64,000 nucleotides of DNA from Octopus sinensis (taxonomy: Eukaryota): positions 86,614,001 to 86,678,000 of the forward strand of contig NC_042998.1 of the NCBI RefSeq assembly GCF_006345805.1, read 5' to 3'. The notes under the pieces are model-generated. The model saw only the letters and a list, made by a program, of their open reading frames with translations, searched no databases and had not been told where the DNA came from. This document shows positions 51,845 through 64,000 of the stretch, piece by piece. A program made the position numbers and the translations under genes. The stretch's first letter is position 1; each line of letters starts with the position of its first letter.

Positions 51845-53137
51845 GTACAGTAATGAAGATTTTAACTTAAATAATAATCAATCAATTTTTCTAATACTGA
51901 TTTACTCTACATTAGTAGAAACGTACTACCAGGTGACTATGGTTTAAGGCAGGTTCTAATATATAAAACAGTTGCCAAAGATAGCCTTATGAAGGTAGTA
52001 TATTTGTTTAAGTATTTTGTTATTATAATTCTGTTGAAATACACTATTTTTACTTCAGTTAATTTTGAAAATAATGGAAAATATAGTAAAGTAACTTTGT
52101 TGTTATTAAGCTGGCATCTGATACATAAATTAACATGAAATTTTGATGGAAAGTTTGAAACTAGATCACTTTAAAACAGGAGGTTTATATTATTAGAAGC
52201 AGGGGTGATCATAGGCAGGTTAGTATGAGAAGGATTTAATAACAAGACAGAATAAAGAAGCTCAAGCCTTTATAGTTGGTAGGACCTGATAGAAATTACT
52301 TCTAAATCCCAATTAAATCACTCTCTACAACTCAAAAGGGATTATATACAATAGCCACAATAAATAAATAAGGTTATATTTACTGGAAAAAACCCCCAAA
52401 AAACCCAAACTACTGAACAAATCGAAAGAGGTAAAAATGGTATTTGTAACCCTAATGGTTAATTTTGTTGTTGAGCACTAACTGAATATTAATTGCTACA
52501 CAAAAATGATACTGACTTACAACTATCAAAAAATGCATATTTTTTATCGTTCTAAACATACATATTAACATCACACACACAGACTGCTTAGTGTTCTTAA
52601 TAAAACTTATAAAAAAATTGACAAAACATTGTAGGATTCTATACTATTAGTTGAGTCAAGTTTATTAATCATTTTAGAGTTGACTGGAAAGCCAAGTTTC
52701 ACCTTAGTGGTTGAGTAAGCTGCTAAGGTGCAAAGTGTCTCAAAGTTCTGTCTCATCATTCTTAAAAGATCGCATGTTAGATGACTAACACTGATGTTTA
52801 TATGCATACGGTTCTATCATTCCCATCCAACCACAACTGCCTTTTAGTTTCTAAGGTGTGTTCATCAACCACTTTTGGATTATTGTATAAAGGTAGTGTC
52901 ATTGTTGATGAACTAAATTCTGTGCTGCATTGGTCATAGAAAATTTAACACAAAATTGGAGATAGGTGGTCATTTAAGGGCTGATGGCTGCTGACACAGG
53001 CAAATGGTTGCAATCAGATACTGGTTATACTTGATGTATGTATGTATGTATGTATGTATGTATGTATGTATGTATGTATGTATGTATGTATGTATGTATG
53101 TATGATGTATGTGTGTGTGTGTGTGTGTGTGTTTGTG

Positions 53138-53168
<31 letters not shown>

Positions 53169-53614
53169 CTCTCTTCATCCATACACATCACATGACCAGA
53201 CCAGCACAGTCTTCGCTCTTGCACTCTACATCTGACACGTTTTATACCCAATTTTTAGCATGTGTATATGTATGTATATATTCACAAGCTTGGTGCAGCC
53301 ATCTGGTTCGCCACACCTCAGTCAAATCGTCCAACTCATGCTAGCATGGAAAACAGACGTTAAACGACAACAATGATGATGATGATGTGTGTGTGTGTAT
53401 ATATATATATGTGTGTGCATGTGTGTGTGTGTGTGTACTGCTAATTTCTTAACAATCTCTATCATCTTTTTTTATCTCTCCCTCTTCCTTCTCTCATTTT
53501 AATACTTTGATACAATGTTTTGTTGTCATTAAATATCATTACATAATTTTCCCTACTCTGATTTTCCTTTTCTCTGGCAATCACACACACACACACACAT
53601 ATATATACATATAG

Positions 53615-53710
<96 letters not shown>

Positions 53711-54963
53711 TATAGCTGTGGATATCTGTCTGCACATATTCAAAACCAGTATAACACAGTAAAAAGTTTACTTTGTTATGATAAAATTTTAGCTAAGTAT
53801 ATACTTCTGCCAATGCATCCACTAATTATCTATTCTGATCTATAACTCAACAGTAGCCCTCTGTTATGAATTCCAAAAAAATAGACTGAAATGGTTCTGT
53901 AAGTTAAATTCTATTCAGTAAAAGTCAAACCAGCAAGTGACCATTCACGTAACCATTTGAACTTTCAATATTGCAGTAAACCTTCCTTTACATACATACC
54001 ATTGGAGGCCAAGTATAATCTTAAGTCTTCATGCTCAGAATAAAAACAAGCTTCTTACAGCTAGAGAACTAATTGACTGATCCTTTAAGAAATGGAGTAG
54101 ACTAAAGAAAGCAAATCAGCAATAACAATTAACTGTTATAGATTAAATGTAAACCCCATATTTGATTCCATGATTGCCTTTTTGTTTTGCTTTATCCCCT
54201 CCTGTATTAAGTATGAAACTTGAAGTAAAGCAGCATAAAAACAACAGCATATTGAATGATTTGTTGTTAAAAAAGCACATATTGACCTCATAAGAAGGTC
54301 ACTACTAAAATCTTTTTTCTTGTAATGTGCTTCAAATCTAGTGGCATCCATCTGTAGTTAGAAATCATAGGTGTAAAGAGTACAGCCAGCTAAATGAGCC
54401 ATCTACATCTGAAATTTGTGCCATCTTATTTCTACTCTATGGGAATTATATCTTGTAATTCTAGTTAAAATAATAATGTATATACAAGAAATTAAAATAT
54501 TGATTACCGTTTGTAAAAATTGTTCACATTGAGAAACAGAAATTGGAATTTTGAGATTTAAATAAAAAAGCAAAAAGTGAAAATCAAAATTTGAATTGAA
54601 AATAGATCCAAATCTGAACATCATTATTTGAATTTTTATTGAATTGAATTTCAAATTGAGTTTTAATTTCAGTTTGAAGTCTTTATTTTTTTTATCTTCT
54701 GCTGGTCTTAAACTATAAAAACAGTATAGTTCTACATATCTAAATTAAAAATAATTTTCAAAAATTGATCAAATAGAAATTGAATCAAACTTTCTGCTAC
54801 TAGTGTGGTACATTTACCTTTTCAGCAAGCTACAGTAAATAGTTTATTATAGATTTGATCATAAATGAATTACACTACTTTATATTTCTATTTCATTGTT
54901 TCAACCAATGCTTCATATGCCATACCAGATACTTCAATATGAATATTTTTTTTGTTATGTCAG

Positions 54964-55017
54964 CTGCTACCAGTGACTTGCCTCAACAAATAAAAGTAAA
55001 GGAAAATCAAAACCCTG
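54964..55017 (+). CDS. Second cadherin-like gene, EC1 start exon (ATSDLPQQIKVKENQNP)
   Basis: T-tract atgtcag acceptor, gtaagg donor; phase 1 to 1; cadherin LP-x-x-I-x-V-x-EN-x-x-x motif. Confidence 0.65.
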
Positions 55018-55169
55018 GTAAGGAAATTTTTGTTTAATACATCAAGTTAATTTTGATTCTTTTGAAGACAGTATATATTCATTTCATAGGGATACATTTA
55101 GAAAAGATTGATAAGAACGATAAACTTTAGCTACACCATTACCTTCATATATATATATATATATATATA

Positions 55170-55420
55170 TATCTATATATATAAAACTGAGAATGTCTGT
55201 CTGTATGTGTGCATCACTAAAACTCGAGAACTACCCAAGCGATTTCATTCAAATTTTACACATGCATTACTTAGGGTCCATGGAGTGTCATGCAACCAGA
55301 AATGTTTCAACTTCTTGCTTAATGCAAGCTCGGAGCAATGTATTAGACTGTTTCGGTATTATGTGTCAAAAGGGAAACAATAACAACTCTCTTGTAATGT
55401 GAGATAATAGTTGCACTTTT
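55170..55420. mobile_element. Non-autonomous Helitron/DINE-like insert; related insert at 58480-59030
   Basis: tatataaa start, tgtctgtctg microsatellite, gatttcattcaaatttt / gatgaaactt core. Confidence 0.5.
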
Positions 55421-55501
55421 AATAGTTTCACTATGTTTCATTACATATATACATGCATATATACTTACATATATATACATGCATATATGCTTACACATAT
55501 A

Positions 55502-55553
<52 letters not shown>

Positions 55554-55603
55554 ATATATCATATATATATAAAATATATATATATATATATATGTCATAT
55601 ATC

Positions 55604-55645
<42 letters not shown>

Positions 55646-55679
55646 CATATATCATATATATATATATATGTCATATATC

Positions 55680-55769
<90 letters not shown>

Positions 55770-55989
55770 TATATCATATATATATATATTAGAAGGTTTG
55801 GAGATGATGTACAAGTATTTATATTAGAAAGAAATGAGGTACTCAGAATTCAAATAGTTTTTATATCTACAGATATTTATTTGTATATTAAATGTTTTTA
55901 TACATCATATATCATGTATCATATATCAGCACTTTCATCCATTCTAGTGGAGTTGTCAAATTGAACTAAGTTCTTGCGGAAACTTCCAC

Positions 55990-56313
55990 TCTTTTTATAG
56001 TGTTATTGAGTGTTTTGTGGTGGGGAGAGATATAAGATAGCACAAGAGGGTGATGAATGGGGAGAAAGTGAGAGAGAGCATATGTGTGTGTGTTCACGTG
56101 TGTGTGTGTGTGTATGTGTGTGTGTGTTTTTGTATCTGTAAAGAGTGTTAAAGAAAAAGAAGTAAAGGAAGAAAAGGGAGAGAAAGAAGAAAAATTTTTT
56201 TGTTGATCTCTTTGTAGCTGGTCAGGCTGTTTACTCCAAGGGGGGCAAAATGTCACTTTTCAAAAAATTGTCTGGATTTCTTTTTTATCATTGTCTTGTG
56301 TGTGTGTGTGTGT

Positions 56314-56352
<39 letters not shown>

Positions 56353-56589
56353 TGTGTGTGTGGTTTTGTATATGAAAGGGGTATTAAAGAAAAAGAAGAA
56401 AAGGAGGAAGAAGGAGAGAAAAAATTTGTTGATATCTTTGCAGTTGGTAGGTTTATCAATAATAATTCTTGGCTTATAGTGATTGTAAATCCAGGTGTTT
56501 ACTCCAAGGGGGAAAAAATGTCACTTTTCAATAAATTGTTTGTATTTCCTTTTTATTATTATCTTGTGAGAGAGAGTGTGTCTGTGTAC

Positions 56590-56622
<33 letters not shown>

Positions 56623-56979
56623 TGTGTTTGTGTTTTTGTGTCTGAAAGGAGTGCTAAGGTGGTATGGTCAAGTTGTTGATAACAATCAGTCCTTGGCTTT
56701 TAGCAATGGTCAATCAGCTGGGGAGCCAAAATGTCACTTTTCAAAAAATTGTCTGGATTTCCTTTTTATCAATATCTTGTGAGAGAGTGTGTGTGTGGGT
56801 GTCTGGGTAGCTGAAAGGAGTGTTAAATGGAAAAAAAGTGTTTATATTTTTGAAACTGTAAATGATTTTTGGCTTTTAGAAATTGGCCATTGAAGGGGGG
56901 TAAAATGTCACTTCTCAAAAAATTGTCTGGATTTGTTCTTATTATTGTTTTGTGAGTATGTGAGTGTGTGTGTGTGTGT

Positions 56980-57027
<48 letters not shown>

Positions 57028-57060
57028 GTGCCTGTGAATCTGGAAAGGGTGTCAATGGAG
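55990..57060. repeat. Minisatellite of ~170-270-bp units with embedded (GT)n
   Basis: aaaatgtcactt..aaaaaattgtctggattt near 56247, 56515, 56729 and 56903. Confidence 0.9.
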
Positions 57061-57289
57061 AAGGGAAGAAAGAAGAAAAAGGGGAAGAAGAAATAATTGT
57101 GTTGATATTTATACCACTATTCAGTTCTTTCAATCCAATGTTTGATTCCTGTGTTTACATGAGATGTAGAATCTGGATTAAAGATTGTTTTTATTTATGT
57201 ATATGTACATATGTGTAGTGCTGTGTGTGTGTGTGTTTAATACAATTTACTTTACAAATTTGGTCCTTCATCTAGTACAACTTATTAAA

Positions 57290-58440
57290 GAAATATTTTC
57301 AGCCATTCAATTTGGGGGAGAACTTAGTTATGTAGTATTTTTTCATATTCCTCCTGAAGGAGGTGTCATTCTTTGGAGAAGAGAAAGATCTTAAATTTTC
57401 CTTCTCCACATGTATTTAGGTGTTTACTCAGTGGTATCTTGCACAATTCCTCCTGTCAGACATGTTAGTGAATTCTGGCTCATTGCTATAAAGAATTTCC
57501 AGTTTCACCTATATAATCTTCCTTGCATGTGGGGCAGGTTATGCAGTATATTACATTCTGCGTCTTGCAGTTCACATCTGCATTTACTTTGAATAAGTGA
57601 CCACTCTTAAATTTCATTTGTTTGTCTCCCTCTATATATTTGTAGGTGGGGTTACTGCAGATCCCACATCTACCATCTCTGCACTCTTTTACAAAGAATT
57701 CAGTTTTAGTTTCTGATGAGAATTTCACTCTTGTTAGTTATTTCTTCAGGTTTTTGTCTTGCTATCTACTGAATTTTATGCAATATTTGTTTAATATGTT
57801 TTCCATTTCGGTGCTTTGTATGACTATTGGTAGTTTTGAATGTATGATTTGAAACATGTTGGTAACCCCAAGTTTGTGTGTGTTTATGAAAGGGATAATG
57901 TTTTCTTTGTTTTTCGTTTTGGGGGTTCTGAGTTGTGTGATGACCAGTTTCATTGCTCTTGAGACTCCATTTTTTATTAGTTTTAAGTGGGTATTTTTGT
58001 TCTAGTAGGAAGATTTTAAGTTCATTTAGTCTTATTTGGCGTGTTTGTGAGTCAGTTACTATGCTGCTTATGCATCTTGCCATACTATATGGGATGGTTC
58101 TTTTTATGTGGGATGGGTGGCAGGAGTAGAAATTCAAATATTGGTGTGTGTCGGTTTTTTGTAGTGGATGTCTGTTGTGATGATGGAGTTGTGTATCTTG
58201 ATGTTGATATCTAGGAAGGGAAGTTCGTTGTGGCTGGTATCTATTGTGAAGTTGATAGATGGGTGCAGTGTGTTGAGGATGTTGTGGAATGTTCGTAGAT
58301 CTTCTTCTGATCTGTTCCAAAAGATTAAGCCGTCATCGAGGTAGTGTTTCCACTTTTTCTTGATGTCTTCTCTGAAGTCGTGTTCGAAGACTTTCCCTAT
58401 TTCATCGTATAGTTTGTTCTCAAGGAAACTCATCACCAGG
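57290..58440 (-). mobile_element. Penelope-like element (RT plus GIY-YIG)
   Basis: YANLVMSFLE, WKHYLDDG, HPSINFT, LPFLDI, THQYLNFYSCHP, CKTQNVIYCITCPTCKEDYIGETG. Confidence 0.92.
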
Positions 58441-59039
58441 TTGGCATATACATATATATACATACACACACACACATATCTCTCTCTATATAAACGGCAG
58501 TTTGTCTGTCTGTGTGTCTGTCAGGTTGTACCCTCACCCTGACCACGGCTTTCAACCGATTCTGATGAAACTTGACATACACATAGCCCAATGTCATAAT
58601 TCAAAACTAACGCAGCGAAAATTTGGAAAAGTTCCACCAGTTCTGAAAAAATCGATAAATTCGACATGGGGTCGAGAATCTAAGCTTTTTATATGCAACA
58701 CATTTTCTGTTGTAGTTTTCGCAACTTGCAATCGATTTTCACCAAACTCATGGTGAAGCTTAATGTTACCCCAAGAAACTTAATTCTGCCGTTAGTTTTC
58801 CATGCAATACCTTACCATCAGAAAAAATCGATAAAATCATGCTATTTTGGGAAATCGCGTTCAAATTCAAGATGACATATTTTCGACAATATCTTTCACA
58901 AATTGGCAGGAATTTTTTTTGAAATTCACAGCGAGCATCATGTCTGCTCCAAGGAGCTATATGATCCTTTTTATTCCAATAGGATACTTTATTACTGGAA
59001 AAAATCGGTTAATGAAATCATATGTGGCACACATAGCAA

Positions 59040-60190
59040 ACCGATTTGTGTATTAAACACAAACCACAGACTGTCTAGGGGACGCAACTCGACCTTTTTT
59101 AACTCTCGGAACACGTGGGGTAAGTATCCCAAAATGTATAAAAATGTACAAAAACGGCAAAAAAGCGGGCAGCAATGTGAGTGACAACAACGAAAAAGTC
59201 AAAAGTGACCAAACTAAACAAAAATATACACCTATCACCAGCCCAACAATAAGGAAAAGGAATAATAGAAATAGGAAGGTCATCTGGTTTACGCCCCTTA
59301 CTCACCCGAGGTGGCCTTCAATATAGGTAAATATTTCCTAGCACTGATAGATAGACATTTTCCAGTTAACCATGCTTATAGGAAACTCTTCAATAGACAC
59401 AATTTAAAAATTAGTTTTAGTTCAACTACCAATTTTAAAAACATAATCAATCATAACATACAAAAAACACAAGAAGAAAACAGCTGTTCATGCAGGAATA
59501 AAGAATTGTGCCCGCTAAATGGAGCTTGCATGTCCAAGACCATCATATATGAAGCTACCGTAAACTCTATAACACTAAAGACACCGTTTCGACGAAGAAA
59601 TACGTGGGCCTGACAGAGGGTAATTTCAAGGCCAGGTTCAATAACCACACTTTGAGCTTTAGGCACTGGAACAAAAGAAAAGCGACACAATTATCCAATC
59701 ATATTGGTCTTTAAGAGATAAAGGTGTCGATTATAACATACAATGGAAGATTTTGGCCAGATGTAAGCCCTATACTAACGGCAGCGGAAGGTGCGGTTTT
59801 ATGCGACATGGAGAGATGGCTTATCTGGAAAAGCAGCTTAGACCCTACCACATGTCTAAATACAAGGACAGAGCTTTTCGGATCATGCCCACATGTGACT
59901 AAATTTCTGTTACGTTTTTGGTCCCCTAAAGAAAACGGATAGAACTGCTTTCTGTGTTATGTCCCAAGAAGATTTATATATTTTTATATATTTTTATGTA
60001 TTTTTATATAATTTTTATGACGAAAAATGCGAGCGATGTATAAGTACGCAGGCAAAGCAGAGTTATAACAGAGTAATTTCCCTTCATTTGTAACGGTATT
60101 TTTTCATAACGTTTTCAAATAGCCAGATAACCGAAGAGATGGTGTTGTGGATTTCCACTTCGGCATCTGAAACTCAGAGTTTTATCTTGA
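59040..60190 (+). mobile_element. Young 5'-truncated Penelope-like element (linker plus GIY-YIG)
   Basis: RNRKVIWFTP, FNIGKYFLALIDRHFP, CSCRNKELCPLNGAC, WKILARCKPY-like segment. Confidence 0.9.
60125..60187 (+). ncRNA. Type I hammerhead ribozyme-like motif at the Penelope 3' end
   Basis: Stem I AGATAA/TTATCT; CCGAAGA; stem II GATG/CATC; GAAA; near-palindrome ACTCAGAGT. Confidence 0.65.
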
Positions 60191-60214
60191 CTACCGAGTA
60201 ATGTAACATATTGT

Positions 60215-60811
<597 letters not shown>

Positions 60812-61201
60812 CACAAATATGAGAGAGAATCCACTATGTCGACGCTCTTACTCTAGAGATAGATCCGCAAGGGTCAACCACTAAGAATTGTTCTCAAGAA
60901 AAATTTAGCACACTAAGAACGTAAGCGAGCAGGACAAATGAAAAATAACAAAAATATAGATTAACCACATACAATTGTTTCGCTGTAAATAAATTATGCA
61001 ATTTTACTTCATAATTTACTTACAAATTGCATAATTTAACAGTGAAACAATTGTATGGGGTTAATCTATATTTTTATTATTTTTTCATTTGTCCTGCTCG
61101 CTTATGTTCTTAGTGTGCTAAATTTTTCTTGAGAACAATTCTTAGTGGTTGAGACCCTTGCATAAGAGCATCCACATAGTGGATTCTCTCTCATATTTGT
61201 G
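60812..61201. repeat. Large foldback palindrome (~180-190-bp arms, ~20-nt spacer)
   Basis: cacaaatatgagagagaatccactatgt... is mirrored by ...acatagtggattctctctcatatttgtg. Confidence 0.93.
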
Positions 61202-61992
61202 CATTAATAATATCTACTGAATCTCAGTCTTTTATGCGCTAGACCACTGGTGTTTAAATTGATGTTATTAAATTAATATCCAATTTTTTCACCCTCATTT
61301 TGGCATATATATATATATATATATAATGTATATGTATGTACACACACACACACACACACACATATATATGAATGTATGCATGTATATATGTATATATCTG
61401 CACATATATATGTATATATATGGCTGTATATAGTTAGTTTCTAAACTAAATATATGAACTATATTTGGAATACAAGATAATATAACGGTTTTTACACATG
61501 AATATTATGGATTATTGCAGAAGAATAACCAAGACTCTCATCAAAAGCAGTAATTTTTAATTTTTAATTTATCTTTCAAAAAAACACCATTTTATAATTT
61601 TACTTCAAATTAAAAAAAAAAACTACCATTTGATATGTTATACAGAATTCAAATTTTATATCTGTATATATAAATGCTTACCAATATAGGATTTCATTAT
61701 AGGGACAACTCTTCTGTGAAACGATCGTAAGATGCTTTAAATAATTAATTCAAAACTTTTAAACTGTCATATACATTATATATTTATACTTATACATATT
61801 TACATATATTTTTATACATATTTATATTTATTTATTTATAGATTTTTTTATACAACAATTATTTTTCACACATATATCTTTCTGAGGAGTTTTTGATATT
61901 GATTTCCTAATATAATATATTATTAAAGCATATATATGTGTATGTATATTATATATATATATGTATATATGTGTATGTATATATATATATGC

Positions 61993-62031
<39 letters not shown>

Positions 62032-62586
62032 ATAAGAAAGTTTGTTTGGTAAAGCACGTGGGTGAATATATAAGAAAATAGTAAAGAGTGAAAAAACGAC
62101 AGAAGGCTTAAATGTTAAAAAATATATAGTCTTGGTGGCAGCTGAAAACATAATTTATGTCATTAAATGCTCGGGCTGCCACCAAGACTACGTGGGGTCC
62201 ACGGGACTATCACTCAGACGTAGATGCACACTGCATCGACAACAGATTGCATTCCCAGAATATAGAATGATACCTTTTAGTGAACACATTGAGAAATGCG
62301 CAAAGCAACTACAACCACAATTTTTAATCTTTCTATTTTACCAATGTACTTTCGGATCATCATCACAAATTAGACTAAATAAGGAAACATTCTTCATTGA
62401 AAAGTACAAACCCAGACTCAACTATCCGAACTCAATAATACAGAGAAATTCACACTAAAGGAAAAAAAATTTTTTAAGTGATTATCTCCCTTACACCGGA
62501 AGAAATCACTCACTACTTTCCCTTATTTAGAACTCTCCTTAGCAAAAATACAAGGATTACGTTATTAAAAATAAACATTAAGTCAC

Positions 62587-62625
62587 AAGAAATTTGAAGA
62601 GCTAACTGCGAAACCGGTATTTCTT
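62587..62625 (+). ncRNA. Minimal hammerhead ribozyme motif
   Basis: AAGAAA-t-TTGAAGA-GC-taact-GC-GAAA-CCGGT-A-TTTCTT; palindrome ACCGGT; C3U change. Confidence 0.7.
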
Positions 62626-62757
62626 TAAAAATTATAAAATTATGTCATTTTAGGAAAGGAAAAAAATTTTTCCCATATTCTCCAGACATTTTGACGCAAA
62701 TATATATATTTTTAACATTTAAGCCTTCTGTCGTTTTTTCACTCTTTACTATTTTCT

Positions 62758-62788
<31 letters not shown>

Positions 62789-62842
62789 AGTGAATGGAAT
62801 AAATGGAGTTGAACGAAGATTGTACAGAATACCTTTTATTAC

Positions 62843-62917
62843 ATCTACACATGTTTCGAAGGCCACAAATTTCCAAATTCTGTTTAAATAAGAGTACCGT
62901 ATTGCGGCTTTCTTCGG
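62843..62917 (-). ncRNA. Hammerhead ribozyme-like motif
   Basis: CCGAAGA, stem AAGCCGCAA/TTGTGGCCTT, GAAACATGTGTA; stem I is weak. Confidence 0.45.
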
Positions 62918-62967
62918 TTAAACCTTTGAATAATCTGTTACAAGAAAATTCATCTTCTATTTCAACA

Positions 62968-63018
<51 letters not shown>

Positions 63019-63039
63019 CATGTATATGTATAGATATGA

Positions 63040-63230
63040 TGTATATCTCAGTCACAGCAAATTAGAGACCCAGATGTCTGTCAGATACCTCTGAGTAACC
63101 ATCTATCTATGTGGTCAGAAAATATTTGTAATATTTCAATTCTACAAACTATACAGTCCAATTGAAATTGAGACAAAAATCAGAGAAAGGAACTTTATTA
63201 ATAAATTCCAACCCAAGCTAAATAAAATAT
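63040..63230 (+). mobile_element. Penelope GIY-YIG C-terminal fragment
   Basis: QQIRDPDVCQIPLSNHL..RERNFINKFQPKLN. Confidence 0.75.
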
Positions 63231-63381
63231 AATGCTAATACTTAGAGGTACTATTTCTACTGCTACGACCACTAACAACAACAACAAAACTAATGATGCT
63301 CATGATGACGATAGCTGTAAACTACCAGTCAAGTCAAGAGAAAAGTCAGTAAAAATAATCTTATTTTGGGGTTTAAAGTTC

Positions 63382-64000
63382 TGTAGCATTCTCTGATATC
63401 CTCACTGTTTGAGAGACACGGCAGGAATGATCTCGTTTGAGATTACAGCCATCTTTGGCCGAGCTGTTCCTGTTGTGTCCACTGAATTGATTGGTTGACA
63501 TGAGGTGCGATTTGTCCCTACTTATTTCGCGCCACTGGCCAAAGCCAACCAATCACGGCCTTTGGTTAAGGTCCCTTCTCCTAGGCTCTGTTGAGCCACC
63601 TTACTTGTATATAAGGGAGTGTTCTCAGTATACTTGGGTCTTTGGTTCTAGTCCTTCTAAGGACTAACCTCTGGCCACAGAGCTACTCAACATGTTCCAG
63701 TTCCAGTGAGAGACGATCAACCACGACGACGCTAATGTACATCAGCAACAGAGCGCCTTCTATCTCCGCCACCGTCGTCACCATCATTGTACCAACTTCA
63801 AGTCGTCTCTACCATCGTCACCATCACCATCGTCCACTTCAGACATGTCCACACCAACTTCACAGATCCATGCTGTTAGAGTGAATCCCTTCACCAAGTA
63901 AAAACAGTCCATCCAAAGAATTCTATATTAGGAGAACCAGCTCAGCGATTGAGACCACAACCACGGCTCGACATATTCACCCAACCGGTCTCCCCCCCGA
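63382..64000 (+). mobile_element. Probable LTR of a young LTR retrotransposon (runs off window end)
   Basis: Abrupt rise in GC and CpG starting at TGTAGCA; CCAATCA near 63550; TATATAA near 63609. Confidence 0.6.

Larger units (their letters stand above)
62030..62980 (+). mobile_element. Penelope-like GIY-YIG 3' end with inverted terminal segment
   Basis: ENIIYVIKCSGCHQDYVGSTG...FIEKYKPRLN; 62066-62128 is inverted at 62702-62764. Confidence 0.85.

Noticed and set aside
57266-57394. Apparent cadherin-like exon QLIKEIFSAIQFGGELSYVVFFHIPPEGG
   Set aside because: It is the antisense strand of the Penelope GIY-YIG C-terminus (YYITKFSPKLNG on the - strand)
63642-63884. 80-aa ORF in the GC-rich end
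   Set aside because: Low-complexity and inside the probable LTR; no recognisable domain

Overview
AT-rich, microsatellite-laden eukaryotic DNA. From the SINE, mariner, RTE and Penelope repertoire it is most likely an octopus (inference). Splice signals and reading-phase continuity, checked by hand, reveal a host gene the ORF track misses: the last seven coding exons of a + strand cadherin-23-like gene (2200-28389). These cover the membrane-proximal ectodomain, the TM helix, a PGTNLFSEGQINP motif and a C-terminal ATEV* PDZ ligand. Downstream on the same strand a second cadherin-like gene appears to start (signal-peptide exon 51793-51844, then an EC-like exon 54964-55017), with cadherin-like exon relics between the two genes. 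Most of the rest is transposable elements: Tc1/mariner, RTE, R4/Dong-like and CR1 LINEs, tRNA-derived SINEs, many Penelope-like elements, Helitron-like inserts and a terminal LTR. Highlights: about seven hammerhead-ribozyme-like motifs beside Penelope-like elements, an unexplained 292-codon antisense intronic frame broken almost only by TGA, long foldback palindromes, and tandem antisense exon-like units ending in Kozak-ATG|GT. TE boundaries are approximate; exon coordinates were counted by hand.
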